Part shown: positions 40,453 through 52,345 of the stretch, piece after piece
Numbering within the stretch: position 1 is the stretch's first letter
Layout: each line of letters opens with the position of its first letter
NCBI GenBank assembly: GCA_034780895.1
Contig: JAUZTB010000048.1
Location: 13,882,083 to 13,946,082 of the forward strand
Reading direction: 5' to 3'
Origin: Rhynchobatus australiae
Lineage: Eukaryota
DNA: 64,000 bases
Made by a program: the position numbers and the translations under genes
Notes under the pieces: model-generated
The model's database searches: none
What the model was told of the DNA's origin: nothing
The model's input: the letters and a program-made list of their open reading frames with translations, nothing else

Positions 40453-41867
40453 AAATCTAGAGTACATCAATGGTTTCTGGAATAAAATATTTCATTAATC
40501 TCCAAAGATGTACTAACACAAAAGAAAATAAATGTATTCACGCCAAGAGGACGGACAACTCAACAGGTGCATTCATATATTTCCAGCTCTCCTCTTTTAT
40601 GTGTGAACGAAGAGTACTTGGCATGTAGTGGAGAATATAGCAGCTTGAATCAGGATTCATCCAGCTTTGAGATCAATCTGTTGTAAAAGAGAACCTATTT
40701 TTTGAACTGGTGTTAACTGTTCTGAGTACATTGGGTTTGTTGTTCTCTCTGGTTAAAGCCTGGAGAAGAGAAGGAAAACATTGATACCATTTTCNNNNNN
40801 NNNNCCAAATGTTGCTTGAGCCAGGAGTCTCTCTCATGGAAAATAACCTATCCTTTTGCTGGAAATTAAGTTGTTCTAGGTGATTTGACAAAGTAACTCA
40901 TACTAAAGGCCAAAGATAGTGAACTATATTCAATTAAATATGCTTAATACATATAATATGCATGAGGAAAATCCACGAATGTGTATTAATGTTATAATTC
41001 CTGTTTGCCTAGTGAGAAAGAGAAATAGATTTTTGATTTTTTTTAACTTTATTGGTTTACAGATTCTCTTGGTCATGAGCTCACCCAGTATTACTTCCTT
41101 TGCTGTAAAATATAGTAATTCCTGTCTTTCACAGATCAAGCTCCTCCAACATTTACAAACTTTGTGTAATCCTTTGCTTCAAAAGTACACAGCCTGTTAA
41201 GTCACTGAATATCAAACACACTTTTAATTCACTTTTTTTTCAGATGTTGCACAGTAGTATAATAAAATTTCCAGAAAAATAACTGAATTGAAAAGGAGGG
41301 TGGGAATGGGGCCCAGTAAGTTTGAAAGGAGCATGGAAAACCAGCCCTGNNNNNNNNNNNNNNNNNNNNNNNNNNNNNNNNNNNNNNNNNNNNNNNNNNN
41401 NNNNNNNNNNNNNNNNNNNNNNNNNNNNNNNNNNNNNNNNNNNNNNNNNNNNNNNNNNNNNNNNNNNNNNNNNNNNNNNNNNNNNNNNNNNNNNNNNNNN
41501 NNNNNNNNNNNNNNNNNNNNNNNNNNNNNNNNNNNNNNNNNNNNNNNNNNNNNNNNNNNNNNNNNNNNNNNNNNNNNNNNNNNNNNNNNNNNNNNNNNNN
41601 NNNNNNNNNNNNNNNNNNNNNNNNNNNNNNNNNNNNNNNNNNNNNNNNNNNNNNNNNNNNNNNNNNNNNNNNNNNNNNNNNNNNNNNNNNNNNNNNNNNN
41701 NNNNNNNNNNNNNNNNNNNNNNNNNNNNNNNNNNNNNNNNNNNNNNNNNNNNNNNNNNNNNNNNNNNNNNNNNNNNNNNNNNNNNNNNNNNNNNNNNNNN
41801 NNNNNNNNNNNNNNNNNNNNNNNNNNNNNNNNNNNNNNNNNNNNNNNNNNNNNNNNNNNNNNNNNNN

Positions 41868-41958
41868 TACACGAATGTAAAGGTTTGCACTGTTTTATTG
41901 TTGTATATAGTTTGTTTTTTTTATGATGAATAAAGTTTATTTTGTAATTTAAAATAAA
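41868..41958 (+). mobile_element. possible Tx1/L1 3'UTR end
   Basis: T-rich segment ending gaataaagtttattttgtaatttaaaataaa directly after a gap of about 518 N. Confidence 0.35.
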
Positions 41959-42674
41959 CTTACTGTGTTGGGAGTTCAACATCGAATGTTTTTATCGTTT
42001 AAAGAAATTATTTATAAAATTTCAATTTCTCCATGTGGGTATGTTTCAATATATTCTAAACTGTGAATTATTTTGAAAGGTTAACTTAAAATTTTAGGAT
42101 TTTTTCATCTCTTTCAGTTCAGAATCTGTTACAATTCTTCTATCTGATTGAATCGTCAGCTTCTCAACCATTTAATGACATCGCAGCCACTAGCATCAGA
42201 AACCCAACTGAATTGATACCTAACAGAAACAGGCATTGGATAAAGAGGAAATTCTCATCTTGGAGAATGCTTTGTCTTTGCGGGAAACTTACTTCAAAAC
42301 AGGCAGCAAGTACTGTTGATTCTATCCTTACACAGGGCTGGGATGTACATCTAATAAATGCACCTGGAGCTGAAATCACCAGTGATGTTCGCACAGCTGG
42401 CAGGCAATGAGCATTTACAAAAGCAGAGTGGATCGAACCACTGGACAGTCAGCGGCAGTACAGGTCTGCCCCAGTTTATGAAGGCCCAACTTATGTACTG
42501 CCTGTACATACAAATATGCATTTGGGAGACAAGTGAGATGGATTTGCCTGCTGTTGTGGGGCTGCAGGCATCTTCTGCCACGTAGGAACTCAGTTTGCAG
42601 CTGCATTTCCGATTCGCAGAATGCTCGGGTTACAAACAGTTCACAGGAACAGAACCCCGCTGTAACCTGGGGAG

Positions 42675-43582
42675 GACCTGTACCATCACTGGTTCCTTCA
42701 TCATCAACATCATGAGGGACAACGTTACCCAGAAACTTAACTGGACCAGTCATGTAAATGCTGGTCCAGAATGGTGAGTGACCCTCCTTCTGAATCCCAT
42801 CTTTCTGTCACCTGAAGGAACAAGTCAGGAGTGTGATGGAATACTTAAATCAAGACAGTAAATGCCTGAGATATTCCAGAGGTCGGGCAGCATCTATGGA
42901 GGTTGAAACACAGTTAATATTTCATATGAGTGACTTTTCATCAGAACAAGAAAAGTGAGAAAACAAGTATGCTATCAGTTGCAGGGCAAGGGATGGGGCA
43001 GGTAGAACAAAGAGGATGTCCATTGACAGAGTGGAGACCAAGAGAATCCAAGTGACACAAATGCTGTTGATGCCATCTAAGAAAGAAGATGAATGCTTGT
43101 TCATTAGAGGTGATCTTTCTGGAGGAGGTCTAAATATCAAAAGATGAATGAGGGTAGAGGGAGAAAACATAAAGAGGGAAAGCTGGAACTCTGAGTGCAG
43201 AACCTCGCAGTTGCTGGAAATCAGAAATTTAAAAAAATGCCGGTAATACTCAGCAGAAAGGAAAACTGGTGTTACAGCTGGATAACTTTACATCAGAGCT
43301 GGTCAGTTTTGATGCAGAAAGGAGAAGTTGGTCATCTAAAACTGTTGAGTTCAATATTGAGCCCCAAAGACTTCAGGGTGCCCAGAAAGAGGACGAGGTG
43401 GTGTTCCTCAAACCTGCGTCATAGTATGCACCTGGGTGAGTACAGCTCCCAGGTCACTCAAGAAGCTTGGCGCCATTCAGATAAAGCAATCCGTTCGATT
43501 GACACCTCATCATCCACCACTTTAATTGTTCTCTCCCTTCAACACTGGTCCAGACTGGCTGGAGTATGTATCATCTACCACC
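42675..43582 (+). mobile_element. CR1-like LINE ORF2 fragment split by a Penelope insertion
   Basis: INIM...QKLNWTSHVN and QVRSVMEY (to 42845); resumes at about 43425 with WVSTAPRSLKKLGAIQ..K..IDT...SLQHWSRLAGVCIIY. Confidence 0.8.
42850..43420 (-). mobile_element. Penelope-like element 3' end with a nested second tail
   Basis: Minus strand RRFEEHHLVLFLGTLKSLGLNIELNSFR* (43333-43420); hammerhead GTT-CTGATGA...GAAA-TATT-AAC at 42913-42947; second tail at about 43205-43300. Confidence 0.88.
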
Positions 43583-43925
43583 ATTTTTAGGTGACCTTCA
43601 AATGGATCACTCATGTGATCCAATAATAGTAAGTTCTCTAAACTGTAGATGGATGTTTATTTAAAGGAACTGAAACAGTGACTCATGTATTAGTCTCCCA
43701 TGGATCACCCATCCACTTTGGATTCCACAGCATCACACTCAGGAATTGTCTAGCTGATATTACGCTACTCAGAACTAGCCAAGATCAACAAACTCACTGA
43801 TTTCAATGGGGATTCCCCTCCCCTTCTAAGGCAGTCCTTTGACAATGAGGACAACTTGGTTCCACTCCAGTTCTCTGGCTTCAGAAGTGAATGAGGCCAA
43901 TGTGGGATCTGCAGACTTTGCCACA

Positions 43926-44130
43926 GATAGACAATAGACAATAGGAGCAGAAGTAGACCATTCAGCCCTTCGAGTCTGCACTGCCATTTTGAGATCATGG
44001 CTAATCCTCAAAAATAAATATCCTGTCCCTGCCTTGTCCCCATATCCCTTGACTCCCCTATCTATAAGAAACCTATCTAGCTCCTTCTTGAAAGTGCCCA
44101 GAGAATTGGCCTCCACTGCCCTCTGAGGCA
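43926..44130 (-). mobile_element. CR1 3' end inserted in RTE
   Basis: EANSLGTFKKELDRFL..GVKGYGDKAG; (atagaca)n tail. Confidence 0.9.
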
Positions 44131-44335
44131 NNNNNNNNNNNNNNNNNNNNNNNNNNNNNNNNNNNNNNNNNNNNNNNNNNNNNNNNNNNNNNNNNNNNNN
44201 NNNNNNNNNNNNNNNNNNNNNNNNNNNNNNNNNNNNNNNNNNNNNNNNNNNNNNNCATCAATGTGCGTCATTAATAAGTGGCTCCTGAGCTATGGCAAAC
44301 GATCCATGTTTTCCAGGGCCTTGTCATGGAACTTT

Positions 44336-45108
44336 AGTCATAGAGTAATACAGCACAGATGCAGGCCCTTCAGCCCAAATGGTCCATGCTGACCACAGCA
44401 TCCTCCCTTCTAGTCCTAGTTTCCTGCGTTCAGCCCGTAATCCTCCAAACCCCTCCCCTCCATGTATCTATCCAAATGCCTCTGAATGTTGCAATTATAC
44501 CCACATCGACCACTTCCTCTGGCAGCTCATTCCAGGTACTCACTACCCTCGGTGTAAAGAAGTTACCTCTCAGGTCTCTTTTAAATCTTTCTGCTCTTAT
44601 CTTGCCTCTGTGCCCTCTAGTTATGGACTCCCCAACCCTGGGGAAAAGACTATGACTGTTCACCTTATCCATACCCCTTATGATTTTATAAACTTCTATG
44701 AGGTCACCCCTCATTCTCCCACGCTTCAAGGAATAAAAAATCCAGCATGGCCAACCTCCCCCTATAACTCAGGACCTCCAGTCCAGACAGCATCCTCGTA
44801 AATCTCTTCTGCACCCTCTACAGTTTAACAACGTCTTTCCTATACAGGGGGACCAAAACTATACACAGTACTCCAAGTGCGGCCTCACCAATGACTTATA
44901 TAATGTCCCTACTCCTACACTCAGTGCCCTGACTGATGAAGGCCAGTGTGCTAAACACCTGTTTAACCACCCTGTCTACTTGTGTGACAGCTTTCAGCAA
45001 ACTGTGCACTTGTACTCCCAGGTTCCTCTGTTCCACAGCACCCTTCAGTGCCCTGCCATTCACTGTACAAGTCCTACCCTGGTTTGACTGTCAAAACTAT
45101 ATCACCTA
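44336..45108 (-). mobile_element. CR1 3' end inserted in RTE
   Basis: RMRGDLIEVYKIIRGMDKV..LFPRVGESITRGH...FFTPRVVSTWNELPEEVV. Confidence 0.93.
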
Positions 45109-46154
45109 CGCTTCATTGTTGTAAGGAAGAAATGCATAGCAGGGGCAGTTTGATAGCGGACCTGTGATTTGCAGATGTTGAGTGGAAGGTCCATTCTGTT
45201 GTATGCTGCAGCGAATGAGTAGACAATGACTTGGAGCTTGACTTCCCAACGCACACTGCATACTGCAACTCCACTATTGAGTTTGGGGTGACCTTGGCTC
45301 GTGAATGGAGGCAATATAGGTTGGACAGCTTTCCAATCATCCTATGAGAAGATTGTTGGAGGTGAGTTGTAACATAGTGATGAGAAAGGTTTTATAAACT
45401 CTTGGGCAATGATATAACCTTGCTTGACGCCTGTGTGCATTGAGATTCGGTATATTGTCAACCCATTGGTTGACCTCTTGCATTCTATCATTAAGCAAAC
45501 ATAAGCGAGAGATAAATTTTTAGGGGCAAACAAATTTGAGGTGAGTGTTCCATGGTCCCGACTAGCTGACAGAGTCGAAAGCTTTAGAGAGGTTGGTAAA
45601 GGTCCTGTATACAAGCTGATGTTGCTCTTTATATTTCCCTTGAAACTGTCAAGCAATGAAAATCTACAGATGGCTGGAATCTACATCATGATTCAGTCAG
45701 CTGTCCTTCACCCAATGGAAGAAGGCACTTGAGAACTACCCTGGAGATGACTTTTCCTGTGCCAGATGGCAGGGAGACCCCACTGTAGTTAACATAATCA
45801 CATTTATCTCCTTCCTTGAAGATGGCAATGATTACAGCATCTCTGAGATCCCCTGACATATTCTCTTCTTCCCACATGCAGGAGGCGTGATTGAAGATTT
45901 GTGACAAGTTCCTCACTGCCAAGTTTTAGAGCTGCACGAGGATATAATCAGCTCCTAAGGCTTAATGATCATCAGTGAAGAGACTCTTGGCTTTCCTACC
46001 AGAAAGATACCAGGACTAGTTTGATACTCCGAAGATCCTGGAGCATTTCTGGATTGGAAGGTCCACCATAAATCAAGAGAAAAGTGCCTCTTTGGGCTCC
46101 TGAAGGCTGAGGTCCAACAGAAAGCTGATGATCTTAAAGAACATAATACTGGAG

Positions 46155-46465
46155 GCATGTATTTAAGGTGAGGGGGGTAAGTTCAAAGGAGATGTATGGG
46201 GCAAGATTTTTTTTTACACAGAGCAGTGGGTGCATGGGGTGCGCTGCCAGGGGTGGCAATGGAGGCAAATACAATAGAAGCGCTTAAGGGGTTCTTAGAT
46301 ACACACGTGAATGTGCAGAGAAAGAAGGGATATGGACATTGGGTAGGCAGAAGGGATTAGTCCAGTTAGGAAATTAATTTCTAGTTTAATTCGTTTGGCA
46401 CAACATTGTGGGCCGAAGGGCCTTTTCCTGTGCTGTACTGTTCTATCGTCTATGTTCTATGCTCT
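46155..46465 (+). mobile_element. CR1 3' end inserted in the RTE inverted segment
   Basis: tttaaggtgagggggg..., gggccgaagggccttttcctgtgctgtactgttctatcgtctatgttctatg tail. Confidence 0.9.
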
Positions 46466-48363
46466 AACAAATTTAGGTGGAAATAGCATAGGAGTTCCAG
46501 CAATTCACTAAAACCATAATGGATTCTTCTGCAGTGTCAAGGCTATCCATGGCCCTAACACCTAAGGCACTACTCCACTGAGAGTGAAGAATGGAGGTGA
46601 GCTTATCAAGCAGAGAGGTAATTCCACCCTCTGAAAGGATTATTTCCTTGACATGAATGCTCTTGACCCCATTCCACAGCAATTTATCCGGTCTCGGCTT
46701 GCTGCCACCCCCAACCCACATGAAAATGCCACATATGGCAACTGCGGAAAGTAATGGGGATTGTCGGTCTGTGAATCAGTAGGCAAAAAGGAAGATAAGT
46801 AGCTCTAAATTAATGTTGTTAATTATTTCACTGTTTTATGTGATTTAATTAATTCTTTTCCCTAATAATTGTAATTATTTTAAGTCTCTCCTTCAATATT
46901 AAATTTCACCAATTGTCAGCAGCGTTTACAAACCAATAAATACCCCAGAGTTTTTACAGAAGTTCTGCCCTTGGCTTTCTCTTGGCAAGGGGACATTCTG
47001 TGGCCAGTGTCCCTGCATTGCTTCTTTGGATGTCTCCTCACCACTGCGACCTTCTACCCTGACTCAGAGGTATGGAGGGCCAGCCAGATTGAGCATCCTT
47101 ATCCGGATCAGGTGAAGCCTGGGACACCGTGTGGCAACTGTGGGCACTCAAGCAAGTCCAGCTAGACCTGACGTACATTGTAAATAATTGCTGGAAACTA
47201 TGTTCCTTGTTACAAAATAATTTTGTTTAACATTTCTCAATTCGCTCATCACACCTTTTAGGTGTCCTTTTCATGGAAATGTAGAGTCCCCTGAAAATTA
47301 AATGGTAAGGGAAATATGAAGGCATTGGCTAATACAAAGTCCACAGAACACACATCTTAAAAAGCACAAGAATGGTGTGTACATTGAGAGAAGCATCAAT
47401 TAATAGATTAGGCAAGCCATCTTACCAGTGATACCCAATATGAGTTTTATTGGTGCACTTGTATTTAATGGTGCAATAAAATAGTGAATTTTAACTTTGA
47501 GTTCTTCTCTCCATGAAATGGTATTAGATGCAAAATAAAATATTACATTCCATTACTAGAAAGATTTCATTCATGTAAACAAATTTTGATACCTTGAATT
47601 AAAGGTCATTTTCACCAACAACTTGAGCTGAGGAACACACATCAACACATTCTTACCTGCTGGAAAATCTTTTGAAGGTTGCAGTCGTGCATTTTTCTAC
47701 TTGCTTCATTCTTATCAAGAGAAAGAATAAAATAAATATCAGTGGATATGAAGAGAATTCAAACAGTCAGTAATAAATACTAGGAGATAGATACAGTGTG
47801 GTAGATTTGTATGTAAATATGTAAATGAGTTATGTGTGCATGTGATATAATGATATTGTCACATGTGTGATTTAAGAATGCATAGTGGTTGTTCTGCAAT
47901 GAAATATATACACGTATTCTGAAAGAGATTATTTTCAGACTGGATCAAACACACCTCCAAATACACGAGAACTGATGACACAGATGGCCAGAACAACCAA
48001 GGCTAATTGGCTCCATATAAGAAACAGTGGTCTGAAGAAACTCTTCAAAGCACCTACTGAGCATTGCTGATTGAAGGCAATGACCACAGGATCTCAAAAC
48101 TTCACAGTTGGAGAAGAGTAAACAGCTCAGGCAATGAAGTTTTCTTGGTCCACAACGAGTCAGTAATCAGCTCAGGCAGTGGCAAATTAAAAATAGAAAG
48201 ACAGCAATAGTCTATAACACTGTCTGAGAGAAGCACTGATAACAAGAGAATTAAACACACGGGAGCATTGTGCATAATGCAGAAAAGCTTTGAGAACAGC
48301 TGTGTTACGGTTTAGGCGGGAAATGGGTCAAAATGGCACATATAGATTAGAGAGACAGCCTTG

Positions 48364-49344
48364 ACATGTACAATCGAATGTGAGTCCTTCACAGTATTCA
48401 TGCAGAGGATGGATTTTTTTTACTGCTGGTAATATTCTTTAAGTGAATCATATTGAAAATGCACAGGCACTTAATACTGCTATAAGAGACTATAAGAAGG
48501 TGATTCTATTAACGGAGATTGGCTGAGACCAATTGTACATTTACTAATCTGAAAGGCAAAGATATTCCATTCACAGTCATGTAGTAATTGGAGAATTATA
48601 TCAATTGACAGCCTTTTGAAATAGCAGGAGGTTATAAGTTTGGCGCCAGGAATCAGACAACAAGAATCAGACAATGGCTGTATTGTTGCATTAAAGGATT
48701 GATCCAAATATTGTAACTTTGAAGAAATAGATTTGCATATTGCTTAAGTTATGAATGAATTCAAACCAAATTTTTAAGCACACAAATGTTATACCTACAA
48801 CATGCTTGCAAGATTGCAAAGTAAATCAAGAGATGCCAAGGAATTTCATTTGCGCCAGACACAAATATAATGGTAACTTAAATTCAAAAGGCTGCAGTGA
48901 ATGCTCCATATCTGATAAATTCTATGTCAGCACCATGTGAGGACAAGTGGTGCAAATTCTTGCTGAAGAACTTTGAAACGTTCTTCCAGAATAACTCCCT
49001 GGACCATAAGTCCATCGGGCAGTCGTCTGCACGAAACATCCTGCAGCCACTGCGGGACAAGAACAGGATGGATCCTGTGAGTTGGTTCCTGTCCAGATCA
49101 TCTGGCAGAATGTCTCATCACCAGAACTCACCAATAATCACCTTGGCTGGCAGTGAGAGGGAGCCTTTCCTCTTGGATCTTTACTGTACAGTCAGAATTT
49201 CCCTCCCAAAGCACACTGACCTCAGGGACCACTGAAATGCCTGTGCATTTTCAATATTATTCACTTACAGAATGTTACCAGCAGTAAAAAAAATTCCATC
49301 CTCTCCATGAATACTGTGAAGGCCTCACATTCAATTGTACATGT
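48364..49344. repeat. about 107-bp inverted duplication (48364-48469 / 49238-49344)
   Basis: By-eye alignment gives about 6 substitutions and 1 indel. Confidence 0.92.
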
Positions 49345-49865
49345 GGTGAAGAGGAGATGGTCACCCACCTCTTTGCAAAGAGGATCTGGAGAAGGATGAA
49401 AGGAGTCTTGTCACGGTTCATCCCAAGCAGTTGCATAATAGAGGACTCTCTGATCTATGGGCTATTCGCAGTGATACACACACAGATGGACATCAAGTTC
49501 TGCTGGAAGATTATCAATTTCGTGAAGGACACGCTTGGTCTGCTCAAAACTTGTTGGCCTTCCAACACAATGAGATATCCCTAAGGGAAGGCTGCTGATT
49601 CCAGGCTGCAGGAGTACATACTGAAGGACACACTAAAATTCGGTGTAGCCAATGCAAAGGCTTCGTGGGGAAGAACTGCAATCCAGAGTCCTTCTGGCTC
49701 TGGGCACTGAGGGGCTGAATCCAATGTGGAAGTTCCTCAAATGTCCAAAGTTTGTATTACACCAGGAGTCACTTGAGTGGCGATGGTGCATTGTACAAAA
49801 GAAATGTGCTAACACTACTAATATTTGTAACCAATGACATGGAATGTATAAACTGAAAGACACTA
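48968..49865 (+). mobile_element. Tx1-clade LINE 3' portion (zf-RVT) nested in Gypsy
   Basis: LDHKSIGQSSARNIL..MDPVSWF, IWQNVSSPELTNNH, CGEEEMVTHLFAKRIW, EDSLIYGLF, CWKIINFVKD. Confidence 0.88.
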
Positions 49866-50784
49866 CAAATACAAAGAGGCAAATGTGTTTTTTTTTCAGC
49901 GAACAATTGACCAGAGCAGTACTACCAATGGAACCCCTNNNNNNNNNNNNNNNNNNNNNNNNNNNNNNNNNNNNNNNNNNNTAATGTCAAGACTGATGCA
50001 AACAGAGCAGAAATAAATTTGTACAGAATCTGTACAACTACTGGAAATAGCGGGAAGAAGAAAACTTTCAAGAACAAATAAATGACTAGACTATGTGTGC
50101 AGTAGTGGATTGGAGACTCCCAAGGTCTTTTTATTCATGTGGATTCTTTATGCAGATTACCAAAACAAGGTTCTTATGTAGATGGAAAAACACAATTTTT
50201 ACCTTACAACTTTTGGATGATGACTTTCCAGTCACAACTGCACAGATCATCAAGAGAACACAGATGATACTACTGAAGAGAGTCTATGAGCACACTGTCA
50301 AAAGCTGGATGAATTCAGATATGTATCCAAATGGAAATCTGCATGCATTTTACAATGGAAAAGTACAAAACAAAACTACAACAATGCTCCTACAGACATG
50401 GAAGAGGCCGACAAAACTATTTCAGAGAAATCACGTTGATTGTTGTCAAATAAACAATGACAAGAAGCTTGCCACAACAGCGGAACATACAACTGAGAAG
50501 GAGAGATTGAATTTTATAAATCCTGGTTAACCTGAAGGGTTGGTGTCAGGTAATGGATTCAATTCACATCATTTTTTCAAATATTTTATGAGCAGTAATA
50601 GTATCAATCTTCATCAACTCCTCCATACCAGCCAGTCTCGAACAGTGCAGCTAAGACATCTGTACATATTCTCAAGGAAGTTTTACAAGGTTTCATGAGC
50701 TTAACCATGAATCACTATTAAACTAACCTTTTATTCAAACCATGTTCTACCACAGGATTCATCCCAGAGAATTCATATCACAAG

Positions 50785-51092
50785 ATTTGCTGCCTCACAG
50801 TGTCAGTGATCTGGATTCAGTCCTATGCTGTCTGTGTGGAGTTTGCATATTCTCCCTGTGACCACATGGTTTTCCTCCAAGCTCCAGTTTCCTCCAAGTC
50901 CCAAAGACTTGGAGGTTGGTAGGGTCAGTGGCCAGTGGAAATTGTCCCTACCGTGTAGGTGAGCGGTAGAATTCAGGGGTGTTGTGGGGAAGGTGCGGAA
51001 GGTGAGAAGAATATTGTAGGATTAGTGTAAATGAGTGCTTGGTGGTTTGTGTGGGCTGAGAGTGCTGAAGGGCCTATTTCCATGTGTTTGTC
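50785..51092 (+). mobile_element. HE1-like V-SINE
   Basis: gctgcctcacag...tgtgtggagtttgcatattctccctgtgacc..ggttttcctcc..ctccagtttcctcc (V domain) and CR1-like tail gaagggcctatttccatg. Confidence 0.88.
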
Positions 51093-51127
51093 GCTATCTC
51101 TTTATCAAAGGCGATGAACACATTTGG

Positions 51128-51823
51128 GTCAATACACAAAAAGTGTTGGAGGAACTCAGCAGGTCAGGCAGCATCCATGGAGGGAAATAAACAGTCAAGG
51201 TTTCGGGCTGAGACCCTTCATCAGCATTAGAAAGGAAGAGGACAGAAGCCAGAATAGAAGGTGGGGGGAGCGGGAGGAGCACACACAGGCAGGGGATGGT
51301 TGAGTTCAGGTGATAGGCAAGTCCAGGTGAAAGAAGGATGGTAGGTGGGTGGGGGAGGGGGAGANNNNNNNNNNNNNNNNNNNNNNNNNNNNNNNNNNNN
51401 NNNNNNNNNNNNNNNNNNNNNNNNNNNNNNNNNNNNNNNNNNNNNNNNNNNNNNNNNNNNNNNNGGAGGGGGAGAAGATGTAATAAGCTGAGAGGTGATG
51501 GTAGAAGAGGCAAAGGGCTAAAGAAGGAGGAATCCGGGAGGAGAGGGCAGTGGACCATGGAATAAATGATGGGGGGAGAGGAGGAGAGGAGATGGGCTAG
51601 TCATCAAGATGGGGGAAGGGAGCCATAGGAATAAGGAAGACAAAGAAGTAGGGGAGAGAGAAAGAAGGGATAGAGTTACTGGAAATTAGAAAAGAAATCA
51701 ATGTTGAGACCATTAGATTGGAGACTCCTAAGGCAGTCTATGAGGTGTTGTCCCTCCAACCTGAATCTGGGCTCACCGTGGCATTTGAGGAGGCCATGGA
51801 TAGACATGGTAGTATGCGAATGG
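51128..51823 (-). mobile_element. Penelope/Neptune-like element 3' end
   Basis: Minus strand HSHTTMSIHGLLKCHGEPRFRLEGQHLI..GSLQSNGLNIDF; hammerhead CTGATGA-A-GGGTCTCAGCCC-GAAA at 51194-51224; tail. Confidence 0.9.
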
Positions 51824-52251
51824 GTTTTCTACAATCCACCTTGGAAGAGGTTGTGGATGGGCAGCAGTCAAGCTAAAAGTAAAATCATGATTCAAAATCA
51901 TGATTCATATCCCAACAGAGGGGCAAAGGGAAGCAGTGCAAAGAAGCAAAATAGTTCACAGCGACGACTGAGTCGTCAATCGCACTGAATTACATTTTGT
52001 TCCAATTGGAGGTGATGCTAAACGTGGCCAAATTGCAAAATGATTGCAGCAAAAATCAAGCCAAAACTTTTGAAGAAGTATGAGATAGACAGAGAGCAAC
52101 CTGACTGACACCAGAGGGAGTTCAGACATGTCGCCACATCTGTATTTAATGATATTTTTTAGCAACATTAGCAGTTGCAAAATGTTATCAGTTCTGTGTC
52201 CACACTCACCGATGATTGAATTCTAACATTCGTATAGTTCCTGTCGGCAAA

Positions 52252-52345
52252 TAATGGAAAACAATACAGTAATCTGAAATGAAACCCCCAAAAGCTGGAA
52301 TTAATCAGCAGATCAGGCAGCATCTGTGGAGAAGGAAATGGAGGA
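52252..52345 (-). mobile_element. Penelope-like tail (runs into gap)
   Basis: tcagcagatcaggcagcatctgtggagaag. Confidence 0.7.

Larger units (their letters stand above)
43815..46752 (-). mobile_element. RTE-clade LINE with inverted 5' segment and TSD AATGGGGATT
   Basis: Minus: tail 43815-43925, piece 44256-44330, RT 45108-45963 (DLRDAVI, GVKQG, ELQYA); plus: 45964-46145 and 46475-46752; direct repeat at 43805-43814 and 46753-46762. Confidence 0.88.
48320..50750 (+). mobile_element. Ty3/Gypsy LTR retrotransposon internal relic (gag to integrase)
   Basis: gag: ESFTVFMQRMDFF, KKVILLTEIG, FEIA..YKFGARNQ, KYCNFE; pol: DFPVTTAQI..LKRVYE..KSW, W..P.KLFQR.HVD, PEGLVSGNG.QFTS, TPPYQPVSNSAA. Confidence 0.85.

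Noticed and set aside
51964-51978. gacgactgagtcgtc palindrome with CpGs
   Set aside because: Too short to distinguish from chance
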